A stretch of 61,178 nt of DNA, the filler included, from Catajapyx aquilonaris (lineage: Eukaryota), in assembly GCA_000934665.2 (NCBI GenBank). It is 4 parts of 4 records of this genome, joined end to end, with 100 filler letters (N's around TTAATTAATTAA, not from the genome) between each part and the next. Parts side by side here need not be neighbours in the genome. Positions count along the whole stretch, not along the records: positions 15,353 to 30,558 come from JYFJ02007561.1; positions 30,659 to 45,876 come from KZ539703.1; 2 more parts are not named here. One strand, 5' to 3'. The notes under the pieces are model-generated. The model did not search any database. It worked only from the letters and a program-made list of their open reading frames with translations, and had not been told where the DNA came from. Position 1 is the first letter of the stretch, and every line of letters starts with the position of its first letter. Below are positions 23,551 to 35,453 of the stretch, piece after piece. The translations under genes and the position numbers were made by a program.

Positions 23551-23739
23551 CAGCGGTTCTTAACCTTTTCGTGCCTCTGCAGCCCTTTGAAGACAGTTGG
23601 TCCTGTCACACCGCCTATATCAGGGGTGATTGATTAAGTTCATAGTTACAATAAGTCCAGAGGTGAACCTTGCTTGCACCCCCAGGGGAGCCACCTCGCA
23701 CCCCCTGGGGGTGCCAGCAACCCAGGTTAAGAACCGCTG
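23551..23739. mobile_element. hAT/Charlie-like MITE
   Basis: TIRs cagcggttcttaacct / aggttaagaaccgctg, flanked by nTCTAGnn sites. Confidence 0.75.
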
Positions 23740-24189
23740 CTCTAGTGTGTCAATTAAAATCTGAAGGCAGCACAACATATGGTTGAGGCACAGTTGGTCT
23801 CATTGTTGGACAATAGCTTCCCAACCATGGTCCACATGTCAATAAAATTTTAAATATTGGTACAACATACTGTAATCCTGGGTATGTCTGATTAAAATTA
23901 AAGAATTTTAAGGCAGTGAATGTCACTTAACATCTAAAAAATGTGCAATTTCAAAAATCAGCAACAACTCCAGATACCATAATCATGTAAGTGTTACTGA
24001 ATTTTGTGGATTTAAAGATGCATTTTGGCAATATATTGCATGGCATGTAATTTCTGGGATCTATACTCAGGGATGGTTGATCCATAAATTCAGAGGACTA
24101 TATGTTTAAAAACCCTTTGTCTCCCGCACCCATGAAGGTTGCATTATAATGTAACCACACAAAATAATATATTAAAATTCACTGGTACA

Positions 24190-24460
24190 TGGGGAGGCGT
24201 GGTGGCGGAAGTAGGTTCGGTAACGACTCGGCATGCTGACTGAAAGGTCCCGGGTTAGATCCCCACCCGGGAGTTCCCTTTCGCCTGCATGAGGAGGGTC
24301 TCTGACCTGCGCCTTGGAGGCGTCTGGCAACCTAACCTCCAGGGAGACTGCACATGGCCCAGTTTCAGACATTGCGCTTGCACTAATGTCTCCTACCCAA
24401 AAATCCCCATTCCCTTCCCTATGTCCTTTCTCCCTTGCATGGTGTCCGAAGAAAATACAT
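24190..24460 (+). mobile_element. tRNA-derived SINE, family A (3'-truncated)
   Basis: Homologous to 22091-22451 and 22937-23301. Confidence 0.8.
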
Positions 24461-24642
24461 AATATGAGGGCCGTACTAAAATGATTTACGATTAATTTTT
24501 TTGCATAGTGTAATCAGATGGTGTCTAGAGATGGAATGGCAGGTTTGGCAAGCGGATGTCCGGTATTACAAAAGGCTTGTGGAAAGTGGGGAAACTTTGT
24601 TTTGACACAGACTAGATCTGACTCTGTACCTTTCAGGCACAC

Positions 24643-24792
24643 TTATTTTTTCCCACCCGAAGCAAGCTTCAAAATGCTATCTTGAATCGTCTGCAGATTC
24701 TCCAGCTGACTAGCCATGTCCCTGATGGCCTGTTCCTTCTCAGCAAGAGACTTCTCATATGACTTGTTCGTAAGTTCCATGTTACTCAGATC
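24643..24792 (-). CDS. Probable terminal exon of an unidentified coiled-coil protein
   Basis: ttacttgcag|DLSNMELTNKSYEKSLAEKEQAIRDMASQLENLQTIQDSILKLASGGKK*. Good acceptor and heptad-like composition. Confidence 0.6.
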   Translation of the reverse strand, partial: DLSNMELTNKSYEKSLAEKEQAIRDMASQLENLQTIQDSILKLASGGKK

Positions 24793-24874
24793 CTGCAAGT
24801 AAGACAAAAATTCATCAACGCCATATTCAGACAAAAACAATGTAAGGTAGAGGGGAGATCATGGTCAATATTCT

Positions 24875-24955
24875 AAAGGGTGGTATCCCCTGCTCAATAT
24901 CAAGGGGTTGAACAGGTTGAAACCCCTTGATATTGAGCAGGGGATACCACCCTTA
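24875..24955. repeat. ~80-bp hairpin (mini foldback)
   Basis: aagggtggtatcccctgctcaatatcaaggggtt...aaccccttgatattgagcaggggataccaccctt. Confidence 0.9.
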
Positions 24956-25611
24956 ACCGTTAATTGGTATCGTGGGGTCCTTTTTGGACCCCAGGGTATA
25001 CTTATGTCACCACCTTGAAGCAGGTTTTTGTCAAAATGAAAATTCCCACACCTATATTCCTGAAATATTTTAAGGGCGATAGCCCTTAAGTAAGACCGTA
25101 GCATAGATTTCAACAATGTTTCAACAATGAATTTTTCCTACTTGTTCTTGTTGTTCTTGTTACGTTTTTTCTATTCGCCCTAACTCAAGTTCTGCTGTAG
25201 GTAGACCTTCCAAGTTTTGAACACAGATCCCCACCGTCGTGACTTGATTTCCTACCATTTACACTTTCACTTAATTCCTCTTCAAAACGCCGCAAAAAAT
25301 TTAAAACCCCTAAGAAATACGTTTTAATTTTTTTTCTCAATAACTATTCGGAATACGGTTTCTTCTTCAACGGGCCGAAGGTGCAGCAGGACGGTGGGGA
25401 TCTATGTTCAAAATCTCACAGTTCCCACTGCTACAGGATTGGAGGTGTGATTTCTTTACCTCGTAATTTTTTCTGTAATTAATTCATTTGTTCATATTGC
25501 CATCACCTAGAAACATCAATTCTTGTTTACCAACTAGCCATATTGTTATTAGCGAAATGTTATACCCTGCCGCTGCTATAAGGTGAACACATTGTACTTA
25601 TTACAGATTTA

Positions 25612-26029
25612 CAGTTGAATCCGGATATAACAGACTTGGTTATAAAGGCTGTCCCGCCATGCTTCCATAAGGCCCTGTGTATTTTACTCCTAATATATCA
25701 GACAAATTTTCACCTCACCTCGGGTATAACAGACCATTTCTTGGACCCTCGGTGGGAAAATACAGGATTGTTTTCCAGGTATAAAATTTGCAAAAAGGAG
25801 ACGGCAGAAGGAAATTTCGGATATTTTGGTCCTGCATAATATTCGGGTGAGCCAATATTGCATTTGTGACAGATTTCATTAATCGGTATGTAGTCTAGTA
25901 GTGCATAGTACAGCATATTGAAAGCAGAAATTTATGTTTTCGTTGCGTGACGATTCGGCTATAACAGACCTCGGTTATAACATACTTTTTCCGCAGTCTC
26001 TTGAAGTTTGTTTTATCCGGATTCAACTG
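25612..26029. mobile_element. Tigger/pogo-like MITE
   Basis: TA|CAGTTGAATCCGGATA...TATCCGGATTCAACTG|TA with internal gttataac motifs. Confidence 0.85.
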
Positions 26030-26223
26030 TACTATTAAGCCAGACTAATTAAATCAGACTAACCGTTCGCTGGTATAGCACTCCACTTTCGTTTTTTTAC
26101 GACTGTGTCTTAGAAAATAATTTTAGGGACTTCTAAGCGACGAAAATCGTCTCCAATGCATTCATAGTGCAGACTGTATAGTGTGGAGCATAAGTTATGT
26201 GTACTTGTCAAAAAAGAACTGAA

Positions 26224-27390
26224 ATTAGATCAAAAACTTTCCCTTCAGTAAAAAAAAAAGAGAAGTAAGACCTCCGCTGCGGAATGAAGGTACTGAAACA
26301 AGGCAGGCGCACGTAAGACCTTCACCAATTGATTTAAGCTGTACCATAGGTCTTACTCAAGCAATTCTCAAGTACGGTATGGAACGGCTCGTAAAATGAC
26401 TGCTGCAAACTACTCAGAGCAGTATGTAGGGTTTTATTTTGAAAAAGAAAAAATTGGGAAAAAACTAAACCCATCCCTAACAGACTTGGTCCAATCGAAA
26501 AAGACCCTCTAAAATTCACCAATTAACGTTTACAGGTGAAAAATTAAACGTTAGAGTTAAAATCAGCATCTAAAAGAGGCGACGATTCTGCATGAATGTT
26601 TCATGGCAATAATTCACACTAATCGCATAGAAATTCAATGTGCTTAATATTGAAGTTCCTAATTTCATAAAACACTAATATGGAGTGGCTCATGGAAAAT
26701 CAATGGGTGGAATTTTCGTCGTACTACTATTACTATTAACTATAGGTCTGTAGTTACTGCTAACAGGGAGACGGAGTGGTGCTGCGGTAACGTATGCGCC
26801 CACGGATGTTAAGGTCCCGGGTTCGATCCCAACCCGGGGACACCCCCTTCATCTCGTGCAGAGTTCATTGGGTCACCTCTGGCTTCGTCTCGGGTGGTAT
26901 TTCCTACAGACTAAACCACCCGGGGGAGTTCACTAAAACTGGCCACATAAAGACATTGCACTGCACCTTGCACATCCCCTCCTGTCATCCTGCCCGTGGG
27001 CCCGGGCGCTACGTAAAAAGGCTCAAATGTACTTGATGTAATAAATAAAGGTCCGTGCTGCATACCTCAGATGAGGTCAAGCACTACCCCGGATTATTAT
27101 ATATATTATTATATATAGTTACTGCTAACTTAGCAGTACCATTGCACTACACTGGTACCGGTACTGCTATGTTAGAAGTAACTAGTAGTACGACAGAAAT
27201 TCCACAGATTTGTTTCAGAAAGGAGACTTCATGAGCAGTGAATTGGAAATTGCTTGAGTAAGACCTATGGTACAGCTTAAATCAATTGGTGAAGGTCTTA
27301 CGTGCGCCTGCCTTGTTTCAGTACCTTCATTCCGCAGCGGAGGTCTTACTTCTCTTTTTTTTTTACTGAAGGGAAAGTTTTTGATCTAAT
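26224..27390. repeat. Long (~140 bp) near-perfect inverted repeat pair (26224-26365 / 27248-27390)
   Basis: attagatcaaaaactttcccttcagt...ggtcttactcaagcaatt and its reverse complement. No TSD was seen. Confidence 0.9.
26765..27115 (+). mobile_element. tRNA-derived SINE, family B
   Basis: gggagacggagtggtgctgcggtaac...gggttcgatccc head and TSD tagttactgctaac. Homolog at 37010-37350 on the minus strand. Confidence 0.85.
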
Positions 27391-27891
27391 ACTCTTTTGC
27401 ACCTGAAAAAAAAATTATGAGCGACGAAAAAAATTCGAATGGGAGTTAACGTCATTTAAACGCTCACTAGTCGCCTTGGGGTCCAAAAAGGACCCCACGT
27501 TACCAGTTAGCGACCAGTTTTTTCCGACCCTAAAAAATAGACACGGCAAATTCCTGATGTAGCAAGCATAAAAAATCGCAGTGGTGTAAAAAAAATTATC
27601 TATGTATAGTATTGTAAGGAGACTACCATTACAGCTGCTGGGCCACTTATGTGAGATACGGGTAAACAGTAAATACCGCCTCATCAGTCAACCAAGGGTC
27701 AGAGGAGGTCAATTTTTTTTTCTATCTGCCACTTATAGTCCCGGCCGAATTTAGGAAGCATTTATATTTTGATTTTTTTGTTAATGTAAGTTTGTAATCG
27801 AAAAAACGACGTGGGGTCCAAAAAGGACCCCACGATACCAGTTAACCATGGCTAAATGAGGATGCCAGTTAAGGGTTAACAGTGTACGATT

Positions 27892-28001
27892 CAAGGGGGT
27901 AACCACTTCATGGAACCGGCTTGGGACCGGCCTGGAACCTGGTGGAATAGGGCGGTTCTAGGAACTGGTGTACACTTTTTTGGGGAGTGGTTACCCCCTT
28001 G
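27892..28001. mobile_element. 110-bp MITE with 8-bp TSD (P- or hAT-like)
   Basis: TIRs caagggggtaaccact / agtggttacccccttg with TSD gtacgatt on both sides. Confidence 0.85.
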
Positions 28002-30558
28002 GTACGATTGTAACATCGCCAATATTAAATACGTTTGGAAAGCCCTGAAGCTGAAACTCACACAGTGCATGTGCCACTATGGCCTCTAAGCCATAGCAGA
28101 CTTTGGCACCACCTATTTTGTTTTTTGTTCTTCTACACACACAAAACCAAAATCAAGGTATGTTCCCAATTTTTTTGAGTGGCAGTAATCAAGTGCTCAT
28201 GCAGAGGGTAGAGGTGGGTAGAGCTGTCCTTTAATTGCCTTTGCTATCATGAGATAGGCTCCTTTAGTGGAGTCACATCAATGTGATCCCACTGTCAATT
28301 GACAGTATGAATGACCACATCATGTGCATAGTTAAAAAGTAGTAAGCATATCTACAAGACAACACACAATGGGGACGGTTATAACTTCCTTGGGGTCGGT
28401 TGTAACATGTCAAAACTGACCCTGTTGCTTGATTTCAGGCAATTTTGTGACATTTTGCTACACCACACAGTTTGGCTAAACAATGTGAATCCTTGGACAA
28501 TGGCTCCCACTACACGCATATTTGTCACGATGTGGTCACGACTTTTGTCTGATTTTTAAGACAAAAAGTACGAATTTCACTTTGAATGACACACCAAACA
28601 AACGACTAGATTCCCCAGTTATAGATTCACTTTGTTTTAAGTGCACATAATTGCACCTTTTGTCTGAGTAGCTTACTGCTAACCTGACAAATGTGACCTC
28701 CTTTTAGAAAACTGTGGACTCATGTGGACTTGAAACGAAGTGAGTCTATAACTGGGGAGTCTAGTCTTTTGTTTAATGTGTGATTCGAAGTGAAATTTTG
28801 TGTAATCCTTAACTTTTCATCTTTAAAATGAGAGGAATGTTATGACATGTATGCGTAATGGAAGCCTCAACAAAAGTACTGGCACCGGCATTTCAAGGTC
28901 ATATTAAAATTGCTACATGAGAGTAAGTAGTACTTAGCCAGAGGTATTTTATGCACAGCTTAAAATCCAGATGAGCCTGAATTTGGAAATGAAGTGACCT
29001 TTCTTCCATGACCATTCAAAGCTGACTGAATTGACCCAAAAAGGTGGCAGGAGAACACCCGACTTGAGTACCTGCCTCTCAATTGAACCTACCAAAGCGA
29101 TTTTTATTATTGTTCAGACATTCCTTTCTTACATTAGGGCAGATTTGAAACGACTCTGCCAATTGGGTTTTTCCATTTTTGTCCAAGCAATCCCACGTTT
29201 GGACACACTGTGTACCGGTATGTTTAACCCTTTATCTACCACCATATGGAATTTCACATGGGTGGGGTCATATTATATTTTAAACCCGGGCCTTGGCATC
29301 GGCCATCAGCCATCTTTTTTGCCTCACCGCCAAGGTCACCAGAGCCAATCTTTAACCAGAGCTAGCGATTGACAATTGGCCATGAGAAACATCTACTGCA
29401 TTTTTTCATAAATTCTTCAAATGAATCAGCTGACTCGTGCCAAATTCAAAGTCCAGAAATGTTACATCCGTGTTTCATAGTCGTTCACTATTGGTCCAAT
29501 GAGCGTAAAGAAATTCATGAACATTCATTACAGTTTAGGAAGTAAATAGCGAAATTGAGAAATTATGCCATTAACTTAATTGCTATTATCTGTACAGGGT
29601 GGTCGGTAAATGGCGCACAAGCATCAGGTAGTGAGATTCCTTGTGAAAAACAAGTATGTGGAAGTGAAGGTCCTATTGCTCTACGAGGCCTGGTTAGGGC
29701 TCACGAGGCCTCCAAAGTTTGGGCCAAATCATGACGTCACATCCACCCGCATAATTCAAACACTACCGTATCGCTTCTGTCTGCGGTGCATTGCCAGGGG
29801 TTGCCATGTTGACGTCCCCCACATTTCCACACAACAATAGAACCGCATGCAAGGTGGTATTTGGTCTTATGCCAAACCCACTCAATCATATCTGAGTTAC
29901 CATTATGATCCTATCCTGTAGGAGTTGGAGATGACAGGTCTTTATACCGCACACATTGTTCTTGATGATTCACATAAAAAGTCGCTTCACCCATGAAACA
30001 AACCTGTGGTAGGAAAGTTTCATTTGTTCAGCCTCCCAGTATGCAAAGTCTTTAATGAGAAGTTTCCCAATGCCTAGCCCAGATCTTACCCTGAAGGACT
30101 TTTTTGTGGAAATGAATATATGGTGAAAAGACCCGGCATCCCAGCACCTATGGAATAAGATTGCAACGGTACCTCTAAGACATGTCTGATCGGGTTAGCC
30201 ACGGCACCGATTACTATATTTATATTTTCCAAGCGACAAATGGAGCTCATTACGAAACAACCCCTAGTGCAACATCAAGAACGTGCGTGACATAAAATCC
30301 AGACATCTCCAGCACCTTTGGGATAGGATCGCAACAGTAACTCCAGATATGATTGAGAGGGTTTGACAAGAGACCTAATACAGTATTTTTAAACTGCTGA
30401 ACGACAAGTGAGGATCATATTGACATAAGCTTAGGTGAGACCAAAACTTGAGACATTTCTTACAAGGGAAGGTCACGGGGTGATAATGTCGGATCTTGAT
30501 GAAATTGGACATGCTAATACAGGACAATATATGATGCCCAAAAATGAAATATTTCGTG

Positions 30559-30658
30559 NNNNNNNNNNNNNNNNNNNNNNNNNNNNNNNNNNNNNNNNNN
30601 NNTTAATTAATTAANNNNNNNNNNNNNNNNNNNNNNNNNNNNNNNNNNNNNNNNNNNN
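30559..30658. other. Artificial contig-joining spacer
   Basis: N44-TTAATTAATTAA-N44. Confidence 0.97.
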
Positions 30659-30818
30659 ATGTACTGAGCATTTTTCCGGTTTTGTACGTACTTAAATGTT
30701 CTAAATTTATTTTAAGACAGGACCCCAAGTTCCAATTCTATTGGTGGGGACAACTCCGGTGGTAGGTAGCGTGTGAGTCTGCGATTGGCTCGATCTTTCT
30801 TTACTTCCGCAGACTTAC

Positions 30819-30925
30819 CTTGAGTGCACCTTGAAAAAGCTGATGGCGGATAGCGAACGATGTAGCGCCGCCAGCGCTTTAATCCAGGCCTGGCGGAGAC
30901 ACACGAATTTAACTACCGTATCCAT
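30819..30925 (-). CDS. Possible first coding exon of an unidentified gene
   Basis: ATG GAT ACG...MDTVVKFVCLRQAWIKALAALHRSLSAISFFKVHS, ending AG|gtaagt, next to a CpG-rich promoter-like region. Confidence 0.4.
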
Positions 30926-31240
30926 ACAGTTAGGGGGGAAAGTGACAGGGGGCTGGTGGGGACGAATCGTCCCCATCTTCTTCCCCACCAGCCCCCTGTC
31001 AAAGATGGCCGCCTCTGAGGACGATGCCGCCAATTCGATCCGGCAACATTGCAAAGTCGTTAACGGAGGCTCACGGACCAATCACGAGTAGCATCAGTGT
31101 GACGTTTCATGAGCCGGAGAGTGGGTGGCGGTGGGTGGCATGTGGGCACGGTTGTTAGAGTATATCCTTCCTATGGTTGGACCGTCCGGCTAGTGGGCGG
31201 TGATTGGTGGAGGGGGAAAACGTCACGGGGAGGATAAATT
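30926..31240. promoter_or_regulatory. CpG-rich promoter-like region
   Basis: YY1-type aagatggccgcc (~31002), CCAAT boxes (~31078 and ~31203 on the minus strand), GC box gggcgg and CRE-like gtgacgt. Confidence 0.4.
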
Positions 31241-32802
31241 CAAACTGGGATAGGGATTTCCATGTAATGTCATGCACTTTACGTAATTATTTTCAGACTT
31301 CTAAGTGAGCTAAAAATATGAGAACTGGCAGACCTGTAACCCAGACATCCAAGACTACGTCAAATGTCCCGAATCACACATTTTCGCCCTGGGGCCGGCC
31401 CACGGGCGAAAGTTCTTAGGCAAGGCAAAAAGGGCATAATTCCCTTCTGGGCTAACCGAATGACACACTTTGCACGTATATGAAGACATGTACCCTTGCA
31501 TGTACTACAACATAACACATACTGTCACGTGGTGGCATGGTGGGTGGCATGGTGGGTGGCATGTGGGTGGGTGGGTGCCAGGGGGAGGTCTGCCTCTTTG
31601 CCTCCGAGACCCCATATCAATGGTCGTGTTCCATTGTTCTTGCTTCTTGGTGTCTGAAGGCTACGGAGTAACGGAGAGATCTTCGGAAGGTAGGTGGTCC
31701 GTTGTTTCTTAGTTGGGCTGCTTGTAGATGGTGCGACTTGGTGGGCGATATGCTGGGTGGTTTGGCCCCGAGGCGGCGGAAGGAATGGGAACGGGGGCCA
31801 GCCTCGGGTGGGTGAGGGAAGGCTAGACTCACCTCTTTTCTGGATGTACGTATCGCGTTGGGTCGACGGGAGATGCTACGATCCAGGGGCGGCCCGTGTG
31901 TGTAACGCGGGAATTAACCATGGGAAGGTGGGGTTGTAGTCAAATCCTAGCTCTGCTTGGCGGGGGCGGGGAGGGGGGGGGCGGGAAAGATGGTGGTCCT
32001 CCTCCCCCCCCCCCCCCCNTAGCCATGTACAGATTGTTAATATGCCCCCCGGCGGGGGAAAGGACGCCATTGCATGGGGTGCGTCAGTCCAACAAGGCCC
32101 TGGTCCAACCCACTTCCGCGACTGAATAAGCCACGGGAAAAATCCGGGTCTTGGTGTCACGTTTTCCCTGCGAAACCGATGCAAGATATGCATAAGTAAA
32201 ATACTGCATTATCCAAAAAAAACGTCTACTTTTCACATGGGGTGATCTGAAACGTCAGACTAATATGACTCTTGTCACTACGCTGCTTATTTGTAGCATT
32301 TATTTTGAGTCGTTATCACAAGTATATTAGCTACTGACATTATGTTAAATGTACTGCAAAGTGGGTTCTGTCATCAAAGTGAGACGCAAATTGTTCCAAT
32401 GGCCATTCCTAATTGGTAAGCAATGTCATCCTTATAATTTTAAGTGCCTTTGTGAATAAATCATGGGTTGTTTAATGAGAAATATTAAAATCAAATTTTG
32501 ACTGCCATTTTTAATTTTCAATTTTTGGATTTTTGAAGCATGAGAATGATCATCTAATAGACTCAAAGAGTGAAAATGCCCTTCAAATGCACGATGCACC
32601 CATCAAGTTTAAGATTTATCCTGATCTGAGAGTTATGGTTTTCCTAGTGACAGCCTATGGAGCAAGAATGCTAGAATATTGGCACATTTCACACCTTGTA
32701 GTTTTGCAAGCACTTTCCAAAATAATGCAGTACATTTAATCATATTTGGTTTAATGTAAGAACTGTAAAAAATTATTGAGTGGATAGGATCAAGGTCTAG
32801 CT

Positions 32803-32873
32803 CAGTGGTTTCCAACTGGTGGGTCGCAGGGGGTCGTGAGCCATGGTTCTTCTTCTTCTTCTTCTTCTTCTTC

Positions 32874-32919
<46 letters not shown>

Positions 32920-33083
32920 GCAATTTCTGTGTCAATTGAACCATTTTGCAGCTGTGCAGAGGGTATGTTTTCTGGAAAGGGGGCAATTGTAGGAGGGGCT
33001 GGGGGACGGGAGGAAGGGGAGCGTCGCACATCTATGGAAACATGTTTAGGGGGTCGCAGTTGGTAAAAGGTTGGAAACCACTG
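32803..33083. mobile_element. hAT/Charlie-like MITE containing a (TTC)n(TC)n microsatellite
   Basis: TIRs cagtggtttccaac / gttggaaaccactg with perfect 8-bp TSD gtctagct. Confidence 0.9.
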
Positions 33084-33265
33084 GTCTAGCTTAAGTCTAC
33101 CAGGTCAGCAATTGCACAGGATGGAAACAAGTCTCTCCTGTGCCTTGCCTGCTCACCCTCTTGCTATGCAATGTGTGATTCAGCACAGTATTAGCATGCT
33201 TTGCAATTTGATAATACTGCAGTCACATATTAAGTCCTACATTTAAGAAATGCATGATCCCATGA

Positions 33266-34229
33266 TGACAGGTACCGGGACATAAGGGACATTCATCTTC
33301 AACACTTGGCATAGACCCCTGAAGCAGTTGACACCAGTGGGCCATGATATGCCAAAAATAAATCTCCCATTACTCGCAAATGACAAAAACTCATTTCTTG
33401 GCTTAGGTAAGGCCTACTTTGCTTGTGTACAGTGTCCACGACGTCTTGTCGCCAGCTTCACAGACAAACCCTTACCATTTGGGAAATCTTTAAATAAAAT
33501 TCCATGCTATTGAACCACAAATAAGCCCATTCTTCTGCTTCATTTAACAAAGGCAAAGTGCATCTACTTTTATTTCATTTTCTTTGGTACCTTCAGATGC
33601 CACACTTGCAAGTAATTCCCCAGATAAGCAGTTGTACCTCTGGCCATCATGTATCATGCCTCTCTCAGCATGTGTTGAACATCCAGAACCGAGGCAATCA
33701 TGTCTAACATTCGAGTAGAGTTATTTATCTGGCAAAAGGGAGCTTTTGTGGGATCTGAAGGTTCCAAAGAAAATGAAAAGAGTAGATGGCTTTGTCTTTG
33801 TTGAATGAAGCAGAAGGATTGGCATATTTGGGCAGTGCAATAGCAAGGGAATTTTTTTTAAAGGTTTCCCAAATGTTAGGGTTTGTCTGTGAAGCTGGCA
33901 AACACGACATCGTAGTCATCATACACGAGCAAGGGAGGCAAGCCAAGCAATGAGTTTGTCATTTGTGAGTAATGAACGATATATTTTTGGCATATCAAGG
34001 CAAGACATTGCACACTGGTGTCGACTGTTTCAAGGGTCTATGCCAAGTGTTGAATATGAATGTCCCATATGTCTCTGTATCATCAGTTCAAAAAGAATTG
34101 TCCCAGTCATCCTGATGTGTGTGCTGCCCGCTCGACACACACCATGTAACTTACATGGTGTGTGTCGAGCGGCCAGCTCACACGTCAGGATGACTGGGAC
34201 AGTTCTTTTTGCACTGTTGATACCTGTCA
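33266..34229. mobile_element. ~960-bp foldback element with the palindromic MITE inserted near its right end
   Basis: 33266-33560 is reverse-complementary (imperfectly) to 33770-34076 plus 34222-34229. Confidence 0.75.
34077..34223. mobile_element. 147-bp fully palindromic MITE (copy 2)
   Basis: Near-identical to 20860-21006. Confidence 0.9.
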
Positions 34230-34509
34230 CGTATTTAGTAAAATGTAGGACTTTTGTTTCTTAGACATCTCAATGCATGTGTTAGGCTCAAACCCGAAAA
34301 CGGCCATTGGGCGAAAAAACCGTCCAGACTGCAGAATTCTCTATGGCACTATGCCAAACCATCCATTCTGCAGAATGCTCCTTTTCAAACCATCCATTCT
34401 GTAGAATGGACGTTATGAAATGGCCAGACCCCGAAGTGCTTTTTTTAAAAAGGCCAGAACGCTTTCCTGGGCTAAACTTAAATGTCGGGATGGCTGGTTT
34501 AGAAGACGC

Positions 34510-34777
34510 CAGTGACTTAGCCAGGATTCCAGTTCGGGGGGGTGGGGGGAGGAGGAGGCCCGCGATTTTTTTTNNNNNNNNNNNNNNNNNNNNNNNNNNN
34601 NNNNNNNNNNNNNNNNNNNNNNNNNNNNNNNNNNNNNNNNNNNNNNNNNNNNNNNNNNNNNNNNNNNNNNNNNNNNNNNNNNNNNNNNNNNNNNNNNNNN
34701 NNNNNNNNNNNNNNNNNNNNNNNNNNNNNNNNNNNNNNNNNNNCCCCCCCCCCCCCCCCCCCCCGGCTAAGTCACTG
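34510..34777. mobile_element. hAT-like MITE spanning an assembly gap
   Basis: TIRs cagtgacttagcc / ggctaagtcactg with 8-bp TSD gaaga(c/t)gc. Confidence 0.75.
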
Positions 34778-34917
34778 GAAGATGCCATAACTCGTTGTGG
34801 CAGTTTCCTGTTTCCCACTCTGCCATGCAGATCCAATGTAGATGCTGGAAATCAATCACCCTATTGTTGTTTGGCAAATGGTTGACATACAACATTTGAT
34901 GATTCTGTTTATTTTCC

Positions 34918-35254
34918 AGTGCGACCTATTCTCCAGCTTCAAGTGCCCCATGGCCTCCATCAGCAGGATGTTGAAAACTTGCAGGAACATATGGTCGTAC
35001 AGCTTCAGTTCACCCACCATGCGGACCATCACTTGTATCTTCTACTCGTCCTCCGGTCCCACGTTCGCAGCAGGTATTCAGGCGATCCCCTGGGAGGCGG
35101 CGATTCATGTACAGGACAGTTCCATCCCTGGTTTCATCAAATATATAGGCACCTCCCAACTGCTCCTTGCACGAACGCAGCATCCCCTTCCGGACAGATG
35201 TTCGGTCTTCTTCTGGGGTGAAGTCCACCAGATATTGAACCAGGGTCCACTCCG
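34918..35254 (-). pseudogene. piwi: Inverted partial copy of piwi/aubergine N-domain coding sequence
   Basis: EWTLVQYLVDFTPEEDRTSVRKGMLRSCKEQLGGAYIFD...GTVLYMNRRLP, then QVMVRMVGELKLYDHMFLQVFNILLMEAMGHLKLE. Reverse complement of 36039-36355. Confidence 0.85.
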
Positions 35255-35453
35255 GCACCCCCAGGGGAGGGTCCACTCCAGCACCCCAGGTGTAATTTGA
35301 AATGTTTAACTTGTGTCAAATTACACCTGGAATTTACCTGGGGATTTGGAGGGTTCTTGTTGGGAAGGTTGGTGCAAATTGACTATTTCTACGCCTCAGA
35401 GACACAAGAAGTTCTGTCAAAGTAAATGGCATGATGTACTACTTTCATTGCAG

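Larger units (their letters stand above)
24957..27875. mobile_element. piggyBac-like non-autonomous element with nested insertions
   Basis: TTAA|CCGTTAATTGGTATC...GATGCCAGTTAAGGG|TTAA, with subterminal ggggtcc-a/t5-ggacccc palindromes at both ends. Confidence 0.65.

Noticed and set aside
22091..27115. tRNA-like sequences with A/B boxes as tRNA genes
   Set aside because: They continue into shared non-tRNA bodies, have A/AT-rich tails and TSDs, and are degenerate, so they are SINEs.
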